From positions 45,261,095 to 45,325,094 of the forward strand of contig NC_090403.1 in assembly GCF_036365525.1 (NCBI RefSeq): a stretch of 64,000 nucleotides of DNA. Direction: 5' to 3'. Positions 10,647 to 23,888 of the stretch are shown one piece after another; position 1 is the first letter of the stretch; each line of letters begins with the position of its first letter. The notes beneath the pieces are model-generated. The model was not told the DNA's origin. It saw only the letters and a list, made by a program, of their open reading frames with translations, and ran no database searches. This stretch comes from Heterodontus francisci. Lineage: Eukaryota. A program made the translations under genes and the position numbers.

Positions 10647-12027
10647 CAACTTGGACCTAAACAGGATAGAACAGGATACTTCCTGTCTGGTGAAAATCCA
10701 GAAACAGTGGAGCTCCAAAGAGACTTGGGGGTGCAGGTACATAAATCATTAAAATGTCGTGAACAGATCCAGAAACTAATCAAAATGACTAATGGACTGC
10801 TGACCTTTATATCTAGAGAAGTAGAATACATGGGGTAGAAGTCATGCTTGAGCTATACAAAGCCCTGGTTAGACAACACCTGGAGTACTGTGAGCAGTTC
10901 TGGGCACCACACCTCAATAAAAATATATTGGCCTTGGAAGGAGTGCAGCATAGATTTACCAGAATAATACCTAAACTGCACAAGAGATTACGCAAACTAG
11001 GGTTGTATTCCCTGGAATTTAGATGGTTAAGGGGTGATTTGATCAAAGTTTTCAAAATGTTAAGGGGAACAGATAGGGTTAATAGAGAGAAACTATTTCC
11101 ACAGGTTGGGGAGCCGAGGACTAAAAATTAGACCAGGACATTCAGGAGTGAAATTAGAAAACGCTTCTACATGTAAAGAATGGTAGAAGTTAAGAACTCT
11201 CTTCCACAAGTGGCAATTGATGCTCGATCAATTGTTAGATTTAAAACTGAGATTAATGGATTTTTGTTAACCAAAGGTATTAAGGGATATGGGGTATGGT
11301 TTGTAGAGTTACCTCACAAATCAGCCATGATCTCATTGAATGGTGGAACCGGTTCAAGGGGCTGTATGGCTTCCTCCTGCTCCTATGTTCAGCAGCCCAG
11401 CATTTAAAAAGGCAGTTGAAAAGTAAATTTAGACCAGAGTATTCGTTTTCCCTTTTAAAACCCCTTAAGTAGGAAGTGTCAATGCTGAAATCTGCAGAAG
11501 TCATGTTTTAGCATCAAATATGACTTCCATGTCTGACTGAGAACTAATTCATGTCAAACAAACCAGGTCAGGTTTTAGAAGCAGAAATCTTTGTTTATAT
11601 GTGACAGAGCAGAGCTGTTCAATGCTTGCAAATATGGCAAGATCTTTTGACTGTCCAACTGCAAAGGAAAAAATACATTTAAAAGTATAGATTGAAGAAG
11701 TGCTGAAATAATGGTTTGTGTGGTAGCTGCTTTTTAATCTGTAAATTAATATGAAATGACATTTACAAATACTGCGTGAGTTCAAAGGTCATGAGTTTTT
11801 TTGTGGCTGAATTAGGAAACAACCTTGTTAAACCACACTTTGCATGGATTATCACATGTTAATTGTTGAGTCTGGAAATTGATAATGATGAGAGCTGTTA
11901 AAAGTACTCACTGCAGAACACAGGAAAGCTAACGGCGCTCGTCAAGGTTCCAGTACTGTGGAATGGCTAATTTTTCTCTTTGTGAACTCAGTGTCAGCAT
12001 TGAGCACCAGCAGATTGACCATCCTCT

Positions 12028-12390
12028 GGTGAGATGGCGATGCAATGATAATGTCACTGGACTAGTAATCTAGAAGCTCAGGTCGTGTGGATTTAAATCC
12101 CACCATGGCAGCTGGTGGAATTTGAATTCAATTAATCAATAAAAATCTGGAATGTAAACCTAGTCTCAGTAATAGTGCCATGAAGCTATCATTGATGGTT
12201 GTAAAAAAAAAACCATCTGGTTCACTAATGTCCTGCTATCCTTGCCTAGTCTAGCCTGCATGTGACTCCAGCCCCTCAGCAATGTGGTTGACTCTCAACT
12301 GCCTTCTGAAATGGCCTTGCAAGACCCTCAGTTCAAGGGGAATTAGGGATGGGCAATGCCCACATCCCGTTAAAGAATAAATTTTTTAAA
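12028..12390 (+). mobile_element. tRNA-derived SINE, third family (tail shared with the LINE at 30595-31400)
   Basis: Homologous to 18298-18678. Tail aattagggatgggcaa...gcccacatccc. Confidence 0.75.
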
Positions 12391-14152
12391 AATCCTGCAG
12401 TTTTTCTGAAGGTCTTAATTTTGTATAAATTAGTGCTTATTTAGGAGATCACCTCTGCTTTGCATTTTACCCATTTGGAATTGGAATGCAATAGTTCAAA
12501 TTCATTTTAGCAATAATCCTTCATATCCATCGGAGAAGAAAAATTTATTTCATCCCAATAACATTGGGATGTTACATAACATAAAATTTCAAGTAACGTA
12601 ACCTCATTGGTCCTCTTCTGGACTTGCTTCCATGTGGTGCCAGACTTCCTTGGTAATGTCAGTGCGGCACCACGTCAGAGAGCAAGATGCTGCCTCTATT
12701 TTAAACCTCTACATGCACCGTCTCAAGTGCGTCGGGTTAAATTGAGACTTATGTGTTCATCCATCTATATCCTTGACACTGCTATCATCTTGGAACTGAA
12801 TGACAGACCCACTTCTCCATTGCTGAAGCAGCTGCCAACAGCTTTAGCTTTCTCTTTTATGCCAAGCAATTATTTTCCCCTAAACAACTCGTAATTCTTT
12901 ATAATCGCAAGTCAATCCAAAGCTTTATTAGTACTCCAGTATCTGGCAGAGTTCTTCTAGAACTTACCTCACATTGGCGTTCAGTATACAAGAAAAAGCT
13001 AGTCGTCATATCTGCAATTTACAAGTGTCTCTCTCTGTCTGTCTGTGTATCTCTCAACAATTTTTGACTTTTTCTAATTTATCAATACTCTTGCGATCAG
13101 CACTGCAGTGAACATTCCTTATGATCTCCAAATGTATCATCCTGCATGATGTTTCTGCTCCCTATATCCCTACTGTGCCTCCCTTAATCATTCTTTCCTC
13201 TGATGATTTTGAGGCAGCAAAACCCAAGCTTACCATTATCTGCTTATGACTTCCTGATTTACCTCATCCTTTCTTACTCCTTTTCAACCTTGATGACATT
13301 CTGTATTATGACCTTGGCCCTTCACCTTGGTGTTCAGTGGGAGAAAGAAAGAAGTATTTCCCATCTGAGTGTAAATAAATAGATTGCCCATAATTGTTAA
13401 CAAGGAGTCAGCTGAACTACTAAAAATTTTGGTTTATTCTTTATATATGGAAAAATAAATTGTGTAACTAAAGTGTTATTCACAATCAGCGAGCAAAGAC
13501 AAAGGGATCCTGTGCAAACTCTTCAAATGCTTGCTACCCATGTTCAGTTCCAGTTTAAAACTGCTTCTGTTCTCCTTTATAGCAAGAGCCTGTTGACTTT
13601 ATTTCGAACAAAGTCTTTTCTGTCATATTTTCTCCTTAGCTTTCAAATTCTGTTTCTCTCTTTGCATTTCTGACATTTTGCTCCCATTACTTTTTTTGTT
13701 ATTTTATATTTTTATAGTCTGACATTCCCAAAGGCTTTTGTACCCTGCTGAAGCCATGAGACTGGCGATTCCCATCTTTCCTTTAGACCAGGCATGATTA
13801 GACTCTGCGCATCAGTGAATAAATTTGACCATCTGTGGTAATCCACAGATGCATCAGAGGAATTGTTTAACTGCCCTAAGCTTATAAACTCCCATTGCGA
13901 CAAAATATTGAACAAATGTATAATGTGCATTGCAGAAAACCTGTTAAACTTCTAAGTTCAACTTTCATACGTGAGTGACTTTGTCACTCATTATTTATGA
14001 TGGCTGCATTATCTATGGGATTAACTGATTCACAACTCCTCCGATGTTTAACATCTGGAAGGTTGTTGAACTATTCAGTGTAAAATAATACCCCACAATG
14101 TCATGAACAGACGCTTTGGAAGCCCAGATATATAATGGAGTCTAAAGATAAT

Positions 14153-14659
14153 GGGCTGGATTTTCTGTCTTAGGCCGGGAACCCAACGTCGGAGCTAAAC
14201 CCCCAATGTGACTTTCAGTGCCAAGTCAGTTCATGGCCAGAGGGTGCGCTTGCTGTTTGATTAAGAATGGAGGATGTGCTCCCAAGGCTGGAGGGCCAAT
14301 AGGAGGCCCTCCAGCAATGACACATCGACAGCCCCACCCTCCAAGGTGGGAGCTGCAATGTATGTAGGAGAGAGAGAGTGGCTGCCTCAAGATGGCGGCA
14401 CCTTCTGAACACTTTTTAAAAATATAAAATTGGAAAGAGTTGCCAGGCTGTCCTCATGGAGAGGTGGGAGAAGGACCTTAATAGGTCCCTTTATTACCTT
14501 TATTGGCCACTCGCCACTTCCAAAAAGGTAGCTATTGCAGCCCCGACTCGGCCTTTTTGAAAATTGCTCAGATTGGAACTGTGCTGGCAAACTGGCACAG
14601 CAATGGGGAAATTCACCTACCACTGGTCCCGTTCCCATCGGGCTTCAAAAATCCAGCCC
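14153..14659. mobile_element. PIF/Harbinger-type MITE
   Basis: Perfect 12-bp TIR gggctggatttt / aaaatccagccc and 3-bp TSD aat on both sides. Confidence 0.78.
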
Positions 14660-14734
14660 AATGAATCTAATAAAGGACATCCATGAGAAGAAATAGACAT
14701 TCTAAGCCAAGTACCATGTTTGTTGCTGCTTAAT

Positions 14735-14912
14735 TTCATTTTATTTATTTTATTTAGAGATACAGCACTGAAACAGGCCCTTCGGCCCACTGAGTCTGTG
14801 CCGACCAACAACCACCCATTTATACTAACCCTACAGTAATCCCATATTCCCTACCACCCACCCACACCAGGGGTAATTTACAACGGCCAATTTACCTATC
14901 ACCTGCAAGTTT
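14735..14912 (-). mobile_element. 5'-truncated V-SINE
   Basis: Matches the 3' half of 10040-10391. Confidence 0.85.
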
Positions 14913-15344
14913 TTGAATTAAGGACCAAAGCCATAAAAATGAGTGAAGACACATATACAAGTGACATCCATTCAGACTGTGTAAGGGCTTATTTATTTCA
15001 CAATCTCATTATTAAGTACTTTCAAAATTAAAAGATTAGTCTAAATTTTCTATCAAATGTGTTTTGCAGAAATAGTCATTCCAAATGGTATAGAAGTGTA
15101 TGCATTGCGGATTTGGAGAAAGATGTCCAGGAAAAGGTGGAATGAACAAGTCATTTGTTTTTTTATTCTGGGCACCTTTTCAATGGCATTAAAGTCACTG
15201 CAATTTTCAGACTGCACACATGGCAACCATTTATATTTTGCATGGGTAGTCAGCATCTTGGAGCAGTGCTCATTTATCTGTATTTGTTCCTGATTATCAG
15301 GACACACTTCTCCATAGTCACCTCAGCTCTGGTCCACTGGCCAT

Positions 15345-15680
15345 CTCAGCTGTGGCTCAGTGGTAGCACTCCTGTCTCTGAGTCAGAAGGTTGTAGGTTC
15401 AACACTTGAATGTATAGTCCCAGCTGACACTTCAATGCAGTACTGACAGAGTGCTACATTGTCAGAAGTGCTGCTTTCTAAATGAGATGTTAAACTGAGG
15501 CTGTATTTGCTTTCTCAGGTAAACATAAAAATATTCCTATGACACTTTTCAAAAAAGAGCAGGAGAGTTTACTGTGTGCAAATTGGCTGCTGCATTTCCC
15601 TATACCAGTGACAATATGTCAAAAGTACTTCATTGGCTGTAAAATCCTGAGCATGTGAAGGGCACTATATAAATACAGTC
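15345..15680 (+). mobile_element. Deu-domain SINE
   Basis: tRNA-like head (tggctcagtggtagc...ggttcaa), Deu core, tail ggcactatataaatac. Confidence 0.78.
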
Positions 15681-15944
15681 CTGTTCCTTTCCCTTCTGTG
15701 CATGCTGCAGTACTTGGGACATTTAAAACACATGGATTGGCAGTACAAGTTCCATGTATTTCAATAGAATGTTTTAACATTTTGAAGAGTACTTAATGCA
15801 TCTGACAGATTTAGAAACAAACTCAAAAGATCTCCAGCAGTCATCCTCTATGTAGGTACCTTCCAGAAAAACTTCTGTCAACAGTGAGATTTTAGCTTTG
15901 TCCATTTGTTTAGTGTGGAACACATGGGAAAGAGGAAAGGCTGA

Positions 15945-16356
15945 AGTTAGGACTTTTCCTTGGAGAAGAGAAGGTGAGAGGTGATTTGATAGAGGTATTC
16001 AAAACCATATGGGGTCTGTACAGAACAGATCAGGAGAAACTCTTCCCACTCGTGAAAGGATCGAGAACGAGAGGGCACAGATTTGAAGTATTTAGTAAGA
16101 GAAGCAAAAGTGACATGAGGAAAAACTTTTTCATGCAGAGAGTGGTTAAGGTCTGGAATGTGCTGCCTGAGAGTGTGGTGGAGGCAGGTTCAATTGAAGC
16201 ATTCAAAAGGGAATTAGACTGTTATATGAAAAGGAAGAATGTGCGGGGTTACGGAGAGAAGGCAGGGGAATGGCATTCCGTAAATTGCTCTTTCGGAGAG
16301 TCGGTGCAGACATGATGGGCCAAATGGCCGCCTTCTGCGCTGTAACAATTCTGTGA
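15945..16356 (+). mobile_element. CR1 3' fragment
   Basis: RGDLIEVFK...RTRGHRF...FFMQRVVKVWNVLP followed by the CR1 tail. Confidence 0.88.
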
Positions 16357-16847
16357 TCGAGTTCCCAGTACCCATCTCAGAATACTGGAAGGCACCAGGA
16401 GGAGAAAAAATAGTTTGTATTAGAGTGAAAAAATTATTAAGTTGGGAGCAAGGCAGTTGGAAACCAAGATAAAAACAGCAGCTCCTTGTCAGGACGAGGG
16501 CAGATTTAAAATCACATTCAAGCAACGTGTTTGCCATCTGCACTTTGTATGGACAGTCCACATTTAAGACATGTTGGGGAGAATGTTAACTTTATGCAAT
16601 GGTGTAAAATGGGTGATATGGAATTAGCTGCCTGTTATACACCACGATTAATCTACCTTGAAACTACAGCTTAAATTTATAAGAAGCGCATGTTCTATTG
16701 CATTTTCAGTGTGATTACTTGTTTTAAGATGTCATGGGCTAGACCATTAGGTTCTGGTTTTCACAGCAAAAACAGATGAAATCCTGAGGAGTAGTCTTCA
16801 AAAGACTGATTAAAATCCCATGTAGTTAAAAACAGAATTTGACTTAT

Positions 16848-17006
16848 GGGATAGATTTTTGGCATTAGTGCCTGGACGATACTCTCGCAGGGAAGTTTGT
16901 TGATCCTTTATGGATCCCACTTGAATTTCATTCCATTGATTTCAATGGTTCTATGGTGATCCACCTGCCACAATCCTGCCTGGTGATGGAAATGAAGATC
17001 TACCCC
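16848..17006. mobile_element. Small degenerate palindromic MITE
   Basis: Imperfect TIR gggatagatttt / aagatctacccc with central palindrome ccattgatttcaatgg. TSD not preserved. Confidence 0.45.
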
Positions 17007-17154
17007 CAGTGTCCCCAATCATGGACCTAAAATCAGGACTTTTTGACAGATCTGAAATTACATGCAAAAAATGTATACAGAGGTTTTTGTTGTTTTTCAG
17101 ATGCATCACCCCACGTCATTGTCTTGTATCACGTCTCTGATATGTTAATTTCAG

Positions 17155-18185
17155 AATGCTTTTATTTTTCAAAAATATACTTTATTCATAAAAATATGTT
17201 AAAAAAAAAAATTACAAAACAGTTCAAATTTCACATTTCAGAAAATGCAATAGAGATTGGATTCCTTCCATACAGAACATGTATGTCTCACAAGTCTTGC
17301 CATTCCATTTTATATGCAATGTAAATTTGCATTACATAGCAAAAATATTTTCTGGTGCATACAGCACAAGGGGTTTTACATGGGTTCCAGCCCCTTGATA
17401 TACTATGGCGGGAGGACCTTACACAGTGATCTTTCCCCATTGAGCCTTTGCGGCAGCTGCCTCAAGCTTTAGTGCGTCCCTTAGCACGTAGTCCTGGACC
17501 TTGGAATGTGCCAGTCTGCAACACTCTGTCATGGACAACTCTTTGCACGGGAAGACCAAAGAGCATCTTTCACCAAGTTGATGGTCGTCCAGCAGCAGTT
17601 GCTGTTTATCTCTGCGTGTGTCCCTGGGAACAGCCTGTAGAGCACAGACTCCTCTGTTACAGCGCTACCCGGGATGAACCTTGACAAAAACCACTCTTTC
17701 CAGACCTGCATTGCAAAGGCACATTCCAGAAGGAGGTGGGCTGTTGCAATTCTTATAGCCTATTAGATGACAATTTTTTTTTTATCCAGTTTTGAAAAAT
17801 TTGCTCGACGAGGCTCCCTAGCTGGAAAAAACCTCGACTGTATAGAGAGTTCAGAATTGCTGAAAGGAAAGCAGGTTTTTGTTAAAGTAAGGAAACCAAG
17901 CTTTTCAGAGGTAGTTTTACTAATAGAGGACATAAATCATTTCCATTTGAGATCAGAGGAGATAGTGAGGCCAGGAATATTAATGAACAAAGTATTATGG
18001 GTAAATCTATCCATGGGAAAGGGTTTTAGCTGTAATAAAAACAGAAAGTGCTGGAAATACTCAGCAGGTCTGGCAGCATCTATGGAGAGAGAAACAGGGT
18101 TAATGTTTCAGGTCTGTGAACTTTCATCAGAAAGGGTTTTAGTTATTGGTTAGACTTGCAACAGACTTGAAGAAACTGCGTCTTT
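17155..18185 (-). mobile_element. Tx1/L1-group LINE 3' remnant
   Basis: Minus-strand peptides WFLSRFIPGSAVTEESVLY...CCWTTINLVKDALWS and ECCRLAHSKVQDYVLRDALKL. AATAAA and A-rich end near 17160-17190. Confidence 0.65.
18034..18132 (-). mobile_element. About 100-bp Penelope-like terminal fragment (hammerhead motif + 3' tail only)
   Basis: Homologous to the left ends of 32436-32950 and 56766-57399. TSD gaaagggttttag at 18017-18029 and 18130-18142. Confidence 0.75.
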
Positions 18186-18297
18186 GTAGAATTGAACAAA
18201 ACAAGATTTTCATTGCCCCATTGAAGAGAATGGAGGAAATTTGGACATAATGGCCTTGATATTAACACCCCAAATACCCTCCCAAGGATGGGTAGGA

Positions 18298-18678
18298 GGG
18301 GAGGTGGTGGCGTACTGGTATTGCCACTGGACTAGTAACCCAGAGCCCCAGGTATTGCTCTGGGGACATGGTTTCGAATCCCACCACAGCAGAAGGTGGA
18401 ATTTGAATTCAATTAATAAATCTGGAATTTAAAGCTAGTCTAATGATGGCCATGAAACCATTGTCAATTGTTGTAAAAACCCATCTGGTTCACTAATGTC
18501 CTTTAGGGAGGAAATCTGCTGTCCTTGCCTGGCCTACATGTGACTCACAGCAATGTGGTTGACTCGTACATGCCCTCGAAATGGCCTAGCAAGCCACTCA
18601 GTTCAAGGGCAATTAGGGATGGGCAATAAATGCTGGCCTGGCCTGCGGCGCCCACATCCCATGAAAGAATTTTTAAAA
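18298..18678 (+). mobile_element. tRNA-derived SINE, third family
   Basis: A/B-box-like head (tggcgtactgg...ttcgaatccc). Tail aagggcaattagggatgggcaataaatgctggcct identical to the LINE tails at about 31330 and 49545. Confidence 0.8.
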
Positions 18679-20247
18679 ACTCAGGAGGGTAGAATTCGGG
18701 GAACGTGACCCCAGCCTGCCACGTACAGATGTGGAGAGGTGAGCTGCTGAATTGGGCTCTCACAGTGCAATTGGAAGCCTGATTTAAAACTGACTGTTGC
18801 TGTGTGGGTTACCCAGGGGTGAAAGAAAGGCAGGAATTTCCAGCTTCACAAGTAAGTGCTTCTTTCAGCATTCCTTGTGGTCTAGGCTCCCCCCGAAGCC
18901 CCCTATCATGATCTTGAGCCTCTGTCCTCAGTCCTGCCCGACTTCTTGATTGCTGGGAACTGTTCCCAAGCCTCCTGTCGCTGGTGTTCTTTGCCGCCTA
19001 CAATCTAGGCTCTCCATCCAGCTAACTGCCAGGCGGGAATTGGAGCTAAAAAAATTGTTAATGAGGCTCTGCCATGAAGTTTAGCAGGACCTGTGCATCC
19101 CCAGCCTTGCCGGATTCTTTGGTCTTCATCCGCACACTTCCCACCTCCCCCTTGAGTATTGGGGCTCAAGATTACTTTTGTCTCTTCTTGCACAATTACA
19201 ATGTGATACCACTGATTGATAGAACAATGGAGGACTTGAGGCATTTTAACAATATAACAAAGCTTCCACTGTAAAATCTAGAATGCAAGTCACACCAATG
19301 TGTAAAGCAGTCCCCTATTTCACTCCTGCTGGTTCTATATAATCCTTTGTAAATCACAAAACGTGCATCAACTACTCTCATTTACTTAGAATGTATATAT
19401 GGTGGGACAATATGTACAGCATATTTCTGCAGCATCTCATTAAATAATCTAATTTGTATTACATAATGTGAGCATGTATCATAGTCTGAAATGTTGCATG
19501 TTGTGAAAACATTAAAGAACCTTATACTGTAAATGTGAACAAATTACACAGTGATATTCATCTCTCACTTTCTCTCTCAATGCTGTAAGTGCAAGATAAT
19601 CTCAGTTAGTTTAAGACCCAGGATTACAGAATAAAAGTATTTTTTCTTTTCCTACAAGAAATCAATAACCCAAAGCGCTCATTTTCTAAAAAGGGAATTA
19701 TTGGTTTCTCCAGTTTGGTCATCACAAATTGAAGCAACTATGATTTATGTATCCCATTACATAGTGTAAGCGATGTCAATATATGATGCATGTGTCTGCT
19801 GGCATATATTTCTGAAGTGTAATAGTCCTTCACAGTTCCTCCTATTGTCATCACTGCTACCCTCACTATGATGATTCTGGAAGGTGCCATGACAGTATTA
19901 AAGGAGCACCATTTTTCTGAAGAAGTATTTGTCAAATCTTTTTCACCTGTTTGGCAAACTCGCAGCATAATTGTGTAAATCTTGTGGAAATGCAGCATTA
20001 TGCCACATTTATGTTCTATTGGAATAAAGTCTGACTTTTCCGATTTCATCAGGGGAGTCTCTGTCCTTAAGTCTCCTTTGCTACAAGTCTAGGAATTGTG
20101 ACAAATGCAATGATCTGAAAATAGCATCTGCTAAAGGAAATATGACTGTTTCAAGAACGTATCTTTGATACTCCAACAAAAACACTGGAACAATGTCACA
20201 AGATGCTGGAAAAAATTGCCATGAATTCTAGATTGAAAATCCCTCAT

Positions 20248-22925
20248 AAACAACAACAGCAACTTGCATTTATATAGCACCTTTAATGTAGTAAAACATC
20301 CAAAGGCGCTTCACAGTTGTGTGACCAAACAAAATTTGACACTGAGCCACATGAGCTTTAGGGCCAATGGCCAAAAGCTTGGTTAAAGAGGTAGGTTTTT
20401 TGCAGAGTCCGAAATGAGGACAGAGGAAAAGAGGCAAAGAGGTTTAGGGAGGGAATTCCAGAGCTTAGGGCCTAGACAGCTGAAGGCACAACTGCCAATG
20501 GTGCAGTGTTTAAAATCAGGGATGCTCGAGAAGCCAGAATTGGAAGAGCAGAGGTTTATAGGGCTGGAAAAGATTACAGAGAAAGGGAGGAGTGATGTCA
20601 TGGAGAGATTTGTAAACAAGGAAAAGAATTTTAAAATCAAGGCGTTGTTTAACCGGGAGCCAATCCACAGTCAGCAAGAATGGGTAATGGGTGAACAGGA
20701 CTTAAGCGAGTTAGGTTACAGGCAGTAGAGCTTTTATGGAGGCGGAAAAAGGCGGTTTTAGTGATGGCGCAGAGAGGTAGTCGGAAGCTCATCTCGGGTT
20801 CAAATGTGACTCCAAGGCTGCAAACAGTCTGGTTCAACTTCAGACAGTTGCCAAGGAGAGAGATGGACTCAGTGGCTAGGGAATGGAGTTTGTGGTGGAA
20901 ATCAAAGACCATAACCTCTCAGTCTTTCTGCTAGTTGGAGGAAAATTCTGCTTATCTCGTACTGGAGAAGCAGTCTGACAATTTTGGGACAGTGGAGAGG
21001 TCGAGAGAGATGGTGGTGAGGTAGAGCTAGGTGTCGTCAACATACATGTGGAAATTGACGCTATGATTTTCAATGATGTTGCCAAGACGCAGCACATAGA
21101 TAGGAAGGGGCCAAGGATAAATCCTTGGGGGACACCAGAGGCAGTGGTGCAGGAGTGGCGTAAAGCCATTGCAGGTGACACTCTGGCTATGATTGGATAG
21201 AAAAGAATGAAACTGGTTGAGTCCCATCCAGCTGGCCAATGGTGATGAGGCATTGGAGGAGGATGGTGTGGTCAACCTTGTCAACGGCTCCAGACAGGTT
21301 AAGAAGGATGAGGAGGGACAGTTTACCTTTGTCACAGTCACATAGGATGTCATTGGGGACATTAATAAGAACTGTTCCAGTACTGTGATTTAGAGGGATT
21401 CAAACATGGAGTTCCAGGAAAGATGGATTTGGGAGGCAACAACACATTCAAGGACTTTGGAGAGGAAAGGGAAATTGGAGATGGAGTAGTAGTTTGCAAG
21501 GACAGAGGGGCCAAAGATTGATTTTTGAGGAGGGGGTGATGATGTCAGATTTGAAGGAGAGGGGGACAGTATCTGAGGAGAGGGAGCCATTAACAATATC
21601 AACTTGTATGGGAGCCAGGCAGGGAAGTTGGGTGGTCAGCAGTTTGTTAGGAAGAGGGTCGAGGGAGCAGGAAGTGGGTTTCATAGACGAGATGAACTCA
21701 ACGAGGACATGAGATACAGGAGAAAAACTAGAGAAAGAGGGAACCTTACAGGAAGTTTGGCCTAGTGGGCGACAGGAAGGGAGAGAAGCAGCAGGCAGCT
21801 AAGCGGATAGTCTCAGTCTTTGTGACAAAGAAGGCCGTAAGCTCCTTGCACGTGTTGTTGGAGGTGAGGGAGGAGGAGGCAGGGGAAAGGGTTTTAGGAA
21901 GATGGTTTTCAGCACAGAAAAGAAGCCTGGGGTTATCTTTGCATTCCAGGATGGTCCTGGAATAGTAAGCCGTTTTGGCAGACGACAACAGTACCCGAAA
22001 ATGCTTTGTGATCTGGTGGTGAATGGCTAAACCAGTTTCTTCCATTTCCATTCAAGTCCACATCCCTTGCACTTAAGGGAGCGAAGATGAGGGTCATACC
22101 AAGGGGAACAGCCAGGATGAGAGGAATGGTTTATCGAAGGTTGGAGGTGAGGTGTGGTTGAGAAGATCGATAACTACAGAAAATGTCATGGTGAATGGAG
22201 GGCCAAAGCTCAACAGTTGTCATTTTGAAAATACAGCTGTAAATGAATTGGGAAGGAATTTTTTCAACGGGCGGACACAGAAGGAAGGTGGTGGGGGGGA
22301 AATGGGATGTGGGTGGAGAGCAATAAAAGGAAGTGTTCAGAGGTGGCCTCAACTGTGATTGGCACGATGGGAATAGCGAGGCCACATGAGAAGGCAAGGT
22401 CAAGGGTGTGGTCATAAATGTGGGTTGGGTAGGTTACATGGAGGAAGAGATTAAGGGAAGATAGGAGGGCATTGAACTCAGAGCAGAGAGAGCAGGGTGA
22501 GTTCAGATGGAGATTGAAATCATCAAGGATGAGAAGTCGCCCAGTGCAGAGGCTGAGGGAAGTGAGGAAATCGATGAGAACACTTTTTTGGTACTTGGGT
22601 GGGTAGTAGAGAAGGAGAATCTTAAATTAGAGACAAGAGGAATGGAACAAGGTGAGATGCTCAAAGGAAAAGCAAGTGCCAGAGGAGTAGGGGACAGACT
22701 GAGATGTAATTTGGTGATGAGAGCCACACCACCACCACGATAGCTTGGGCGGGGCGAGTTGTGGAAGATAGAGGGGAGGCTTCATTTAGAGGGAAGGTGT
22801 CATCACCCCTCAGCCACGTTTCCTTCAAGGCTACAATATCAGTACAATCATCTCCAATGAGCTCATGGATGGCAGGGGCCATGTTCACAAGTGAATGAGC
22901 ATTCTGCAGGGAGATACCATAAACA
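20248..22925 (-). mobile_element. L2-clade LINE, nearly complete but decayed ORF2
   Basis: APE start (LQNAHSL...DIVALKETWL), CSLDPLP, FPFLSKVLECVVASQ, GVPQGFILGP, HMYVDDT, AFSCLGPKLWNSLP. Tail gctatataaatgcaag(ttg)n. Confidence 0.88.
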
Positions 22926-23042
22926 GCATTAGTACCCATGAGCTTGGAGTGGAGAAATCCGTTACAGTTCCTGTTCCAGATTGCTCTCCATTGATAGCTA
23001 CTATAAAGTGCCCTCCCCATATTTGTACTGAGCACACTCACT

Positions 23043-23888
23043 GGCCAGGATTTTATCTGGGAAATGGGTGCAATGTCCTCGGGACTTGAGTGAGGTTTAG
23101 GCAAATTTGGTATAGGATATGAGGCAAAGACAGAGAGACAAAGACTGCAGCAAAACTGGGGTCTCGACACCAACTTAAGTGGAAGCCCTGCGTCGCCTCC
23201 TCTGGGGAAGGCCCGCCAAATCAAGTGCCAATTAGGCACTTAAGTGGACAACGGTAAGCCTTCCTCAGGATCAAGGACCCTGGTGACAGAAGCCCCTCCC
23301 TCTGAGAGCTGCCAGCCAATTAGAGACCGGCAGCTCTTTATCTCAGCAACACCACCGCAGAGGCGGTGGCTGCTGCTGATCATACACCCACCGGTAGCCA
23401 TGGATCGCCAAGGGGCCCAGGCCACAAGTAAGTCAGGGAGGGGGTCATAGGGAATGGGGTGTAGGTGGGTCAGCAGCAAGGGCAGGGTGGGTGGCTCTCA
23501 GCAGGCCCCTGCCTTCCCGATGCTGGGTCCCTCAATCAACCACTGTGCCTTTTAAGGAGGGACCCCTTCCCCCCCACACCCCCCAACCCCAGAGCTGGCA
23601 AGCAACCCTCAGGAGTTTGCTTGGCCTTCTCCTTGTGCGGCAACAGGCCTGCTCGCTGCTGGACTAATTCCCGCAGCAATGGGGTGAGGTTCTTAATTGG
23701 GTGTTAATTGCCTATTTAAGGGCCTCAATTGGTGGCGGGGCATGAAGAACGTTCACAGGCCTTCCAACCTGGACTTAATTTGGGTGGAAGCAGGAAGGTG
23801 GCGGGGTCCCACCCTGCCACCATCCTGCCCAATTATATGCTCTGCCCGCCTCCAAAGTTGCCACGAAGGAGAGCATAAAATTCCCCCT
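23043..23888. mobile_element. PIF/Harbinger-type GC-rich MITE
   Basis: Imperfect TIR ggccaggattttat / ataaaattccccct and TSD act (23040-42, 23889-91). Inverted homolog of 60097-60868. Confidence 0.72.

Larger units (their letters stand above)
7790..11390 (+). mobile_element. Old CR1 LINE fragment split by nested insertions (pieces about 7790-8288, 9223-9396, 10647-11390)
   Basis: Collinear CR1 RT motifs across the pieces (DFQKAFDK, LVRQHLEYCEQFWAP, RGDLIKVFK) and a CR1 3' tail at 11320-11390. Confidence 0.85.

Noticed and set aside
12962-13014. Minus-strand 44-nt exon candidate with GAG/GTAAGT donor
   Set aside because: The acceptor lacks a pyrimidine tract (purine-rich upstream) and the peptide is unrecognisable.
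15057-15293. Possible plus-strand exon or small ORF
   Set aside because: Weak donor (gtggaa) and no recognisable homology.
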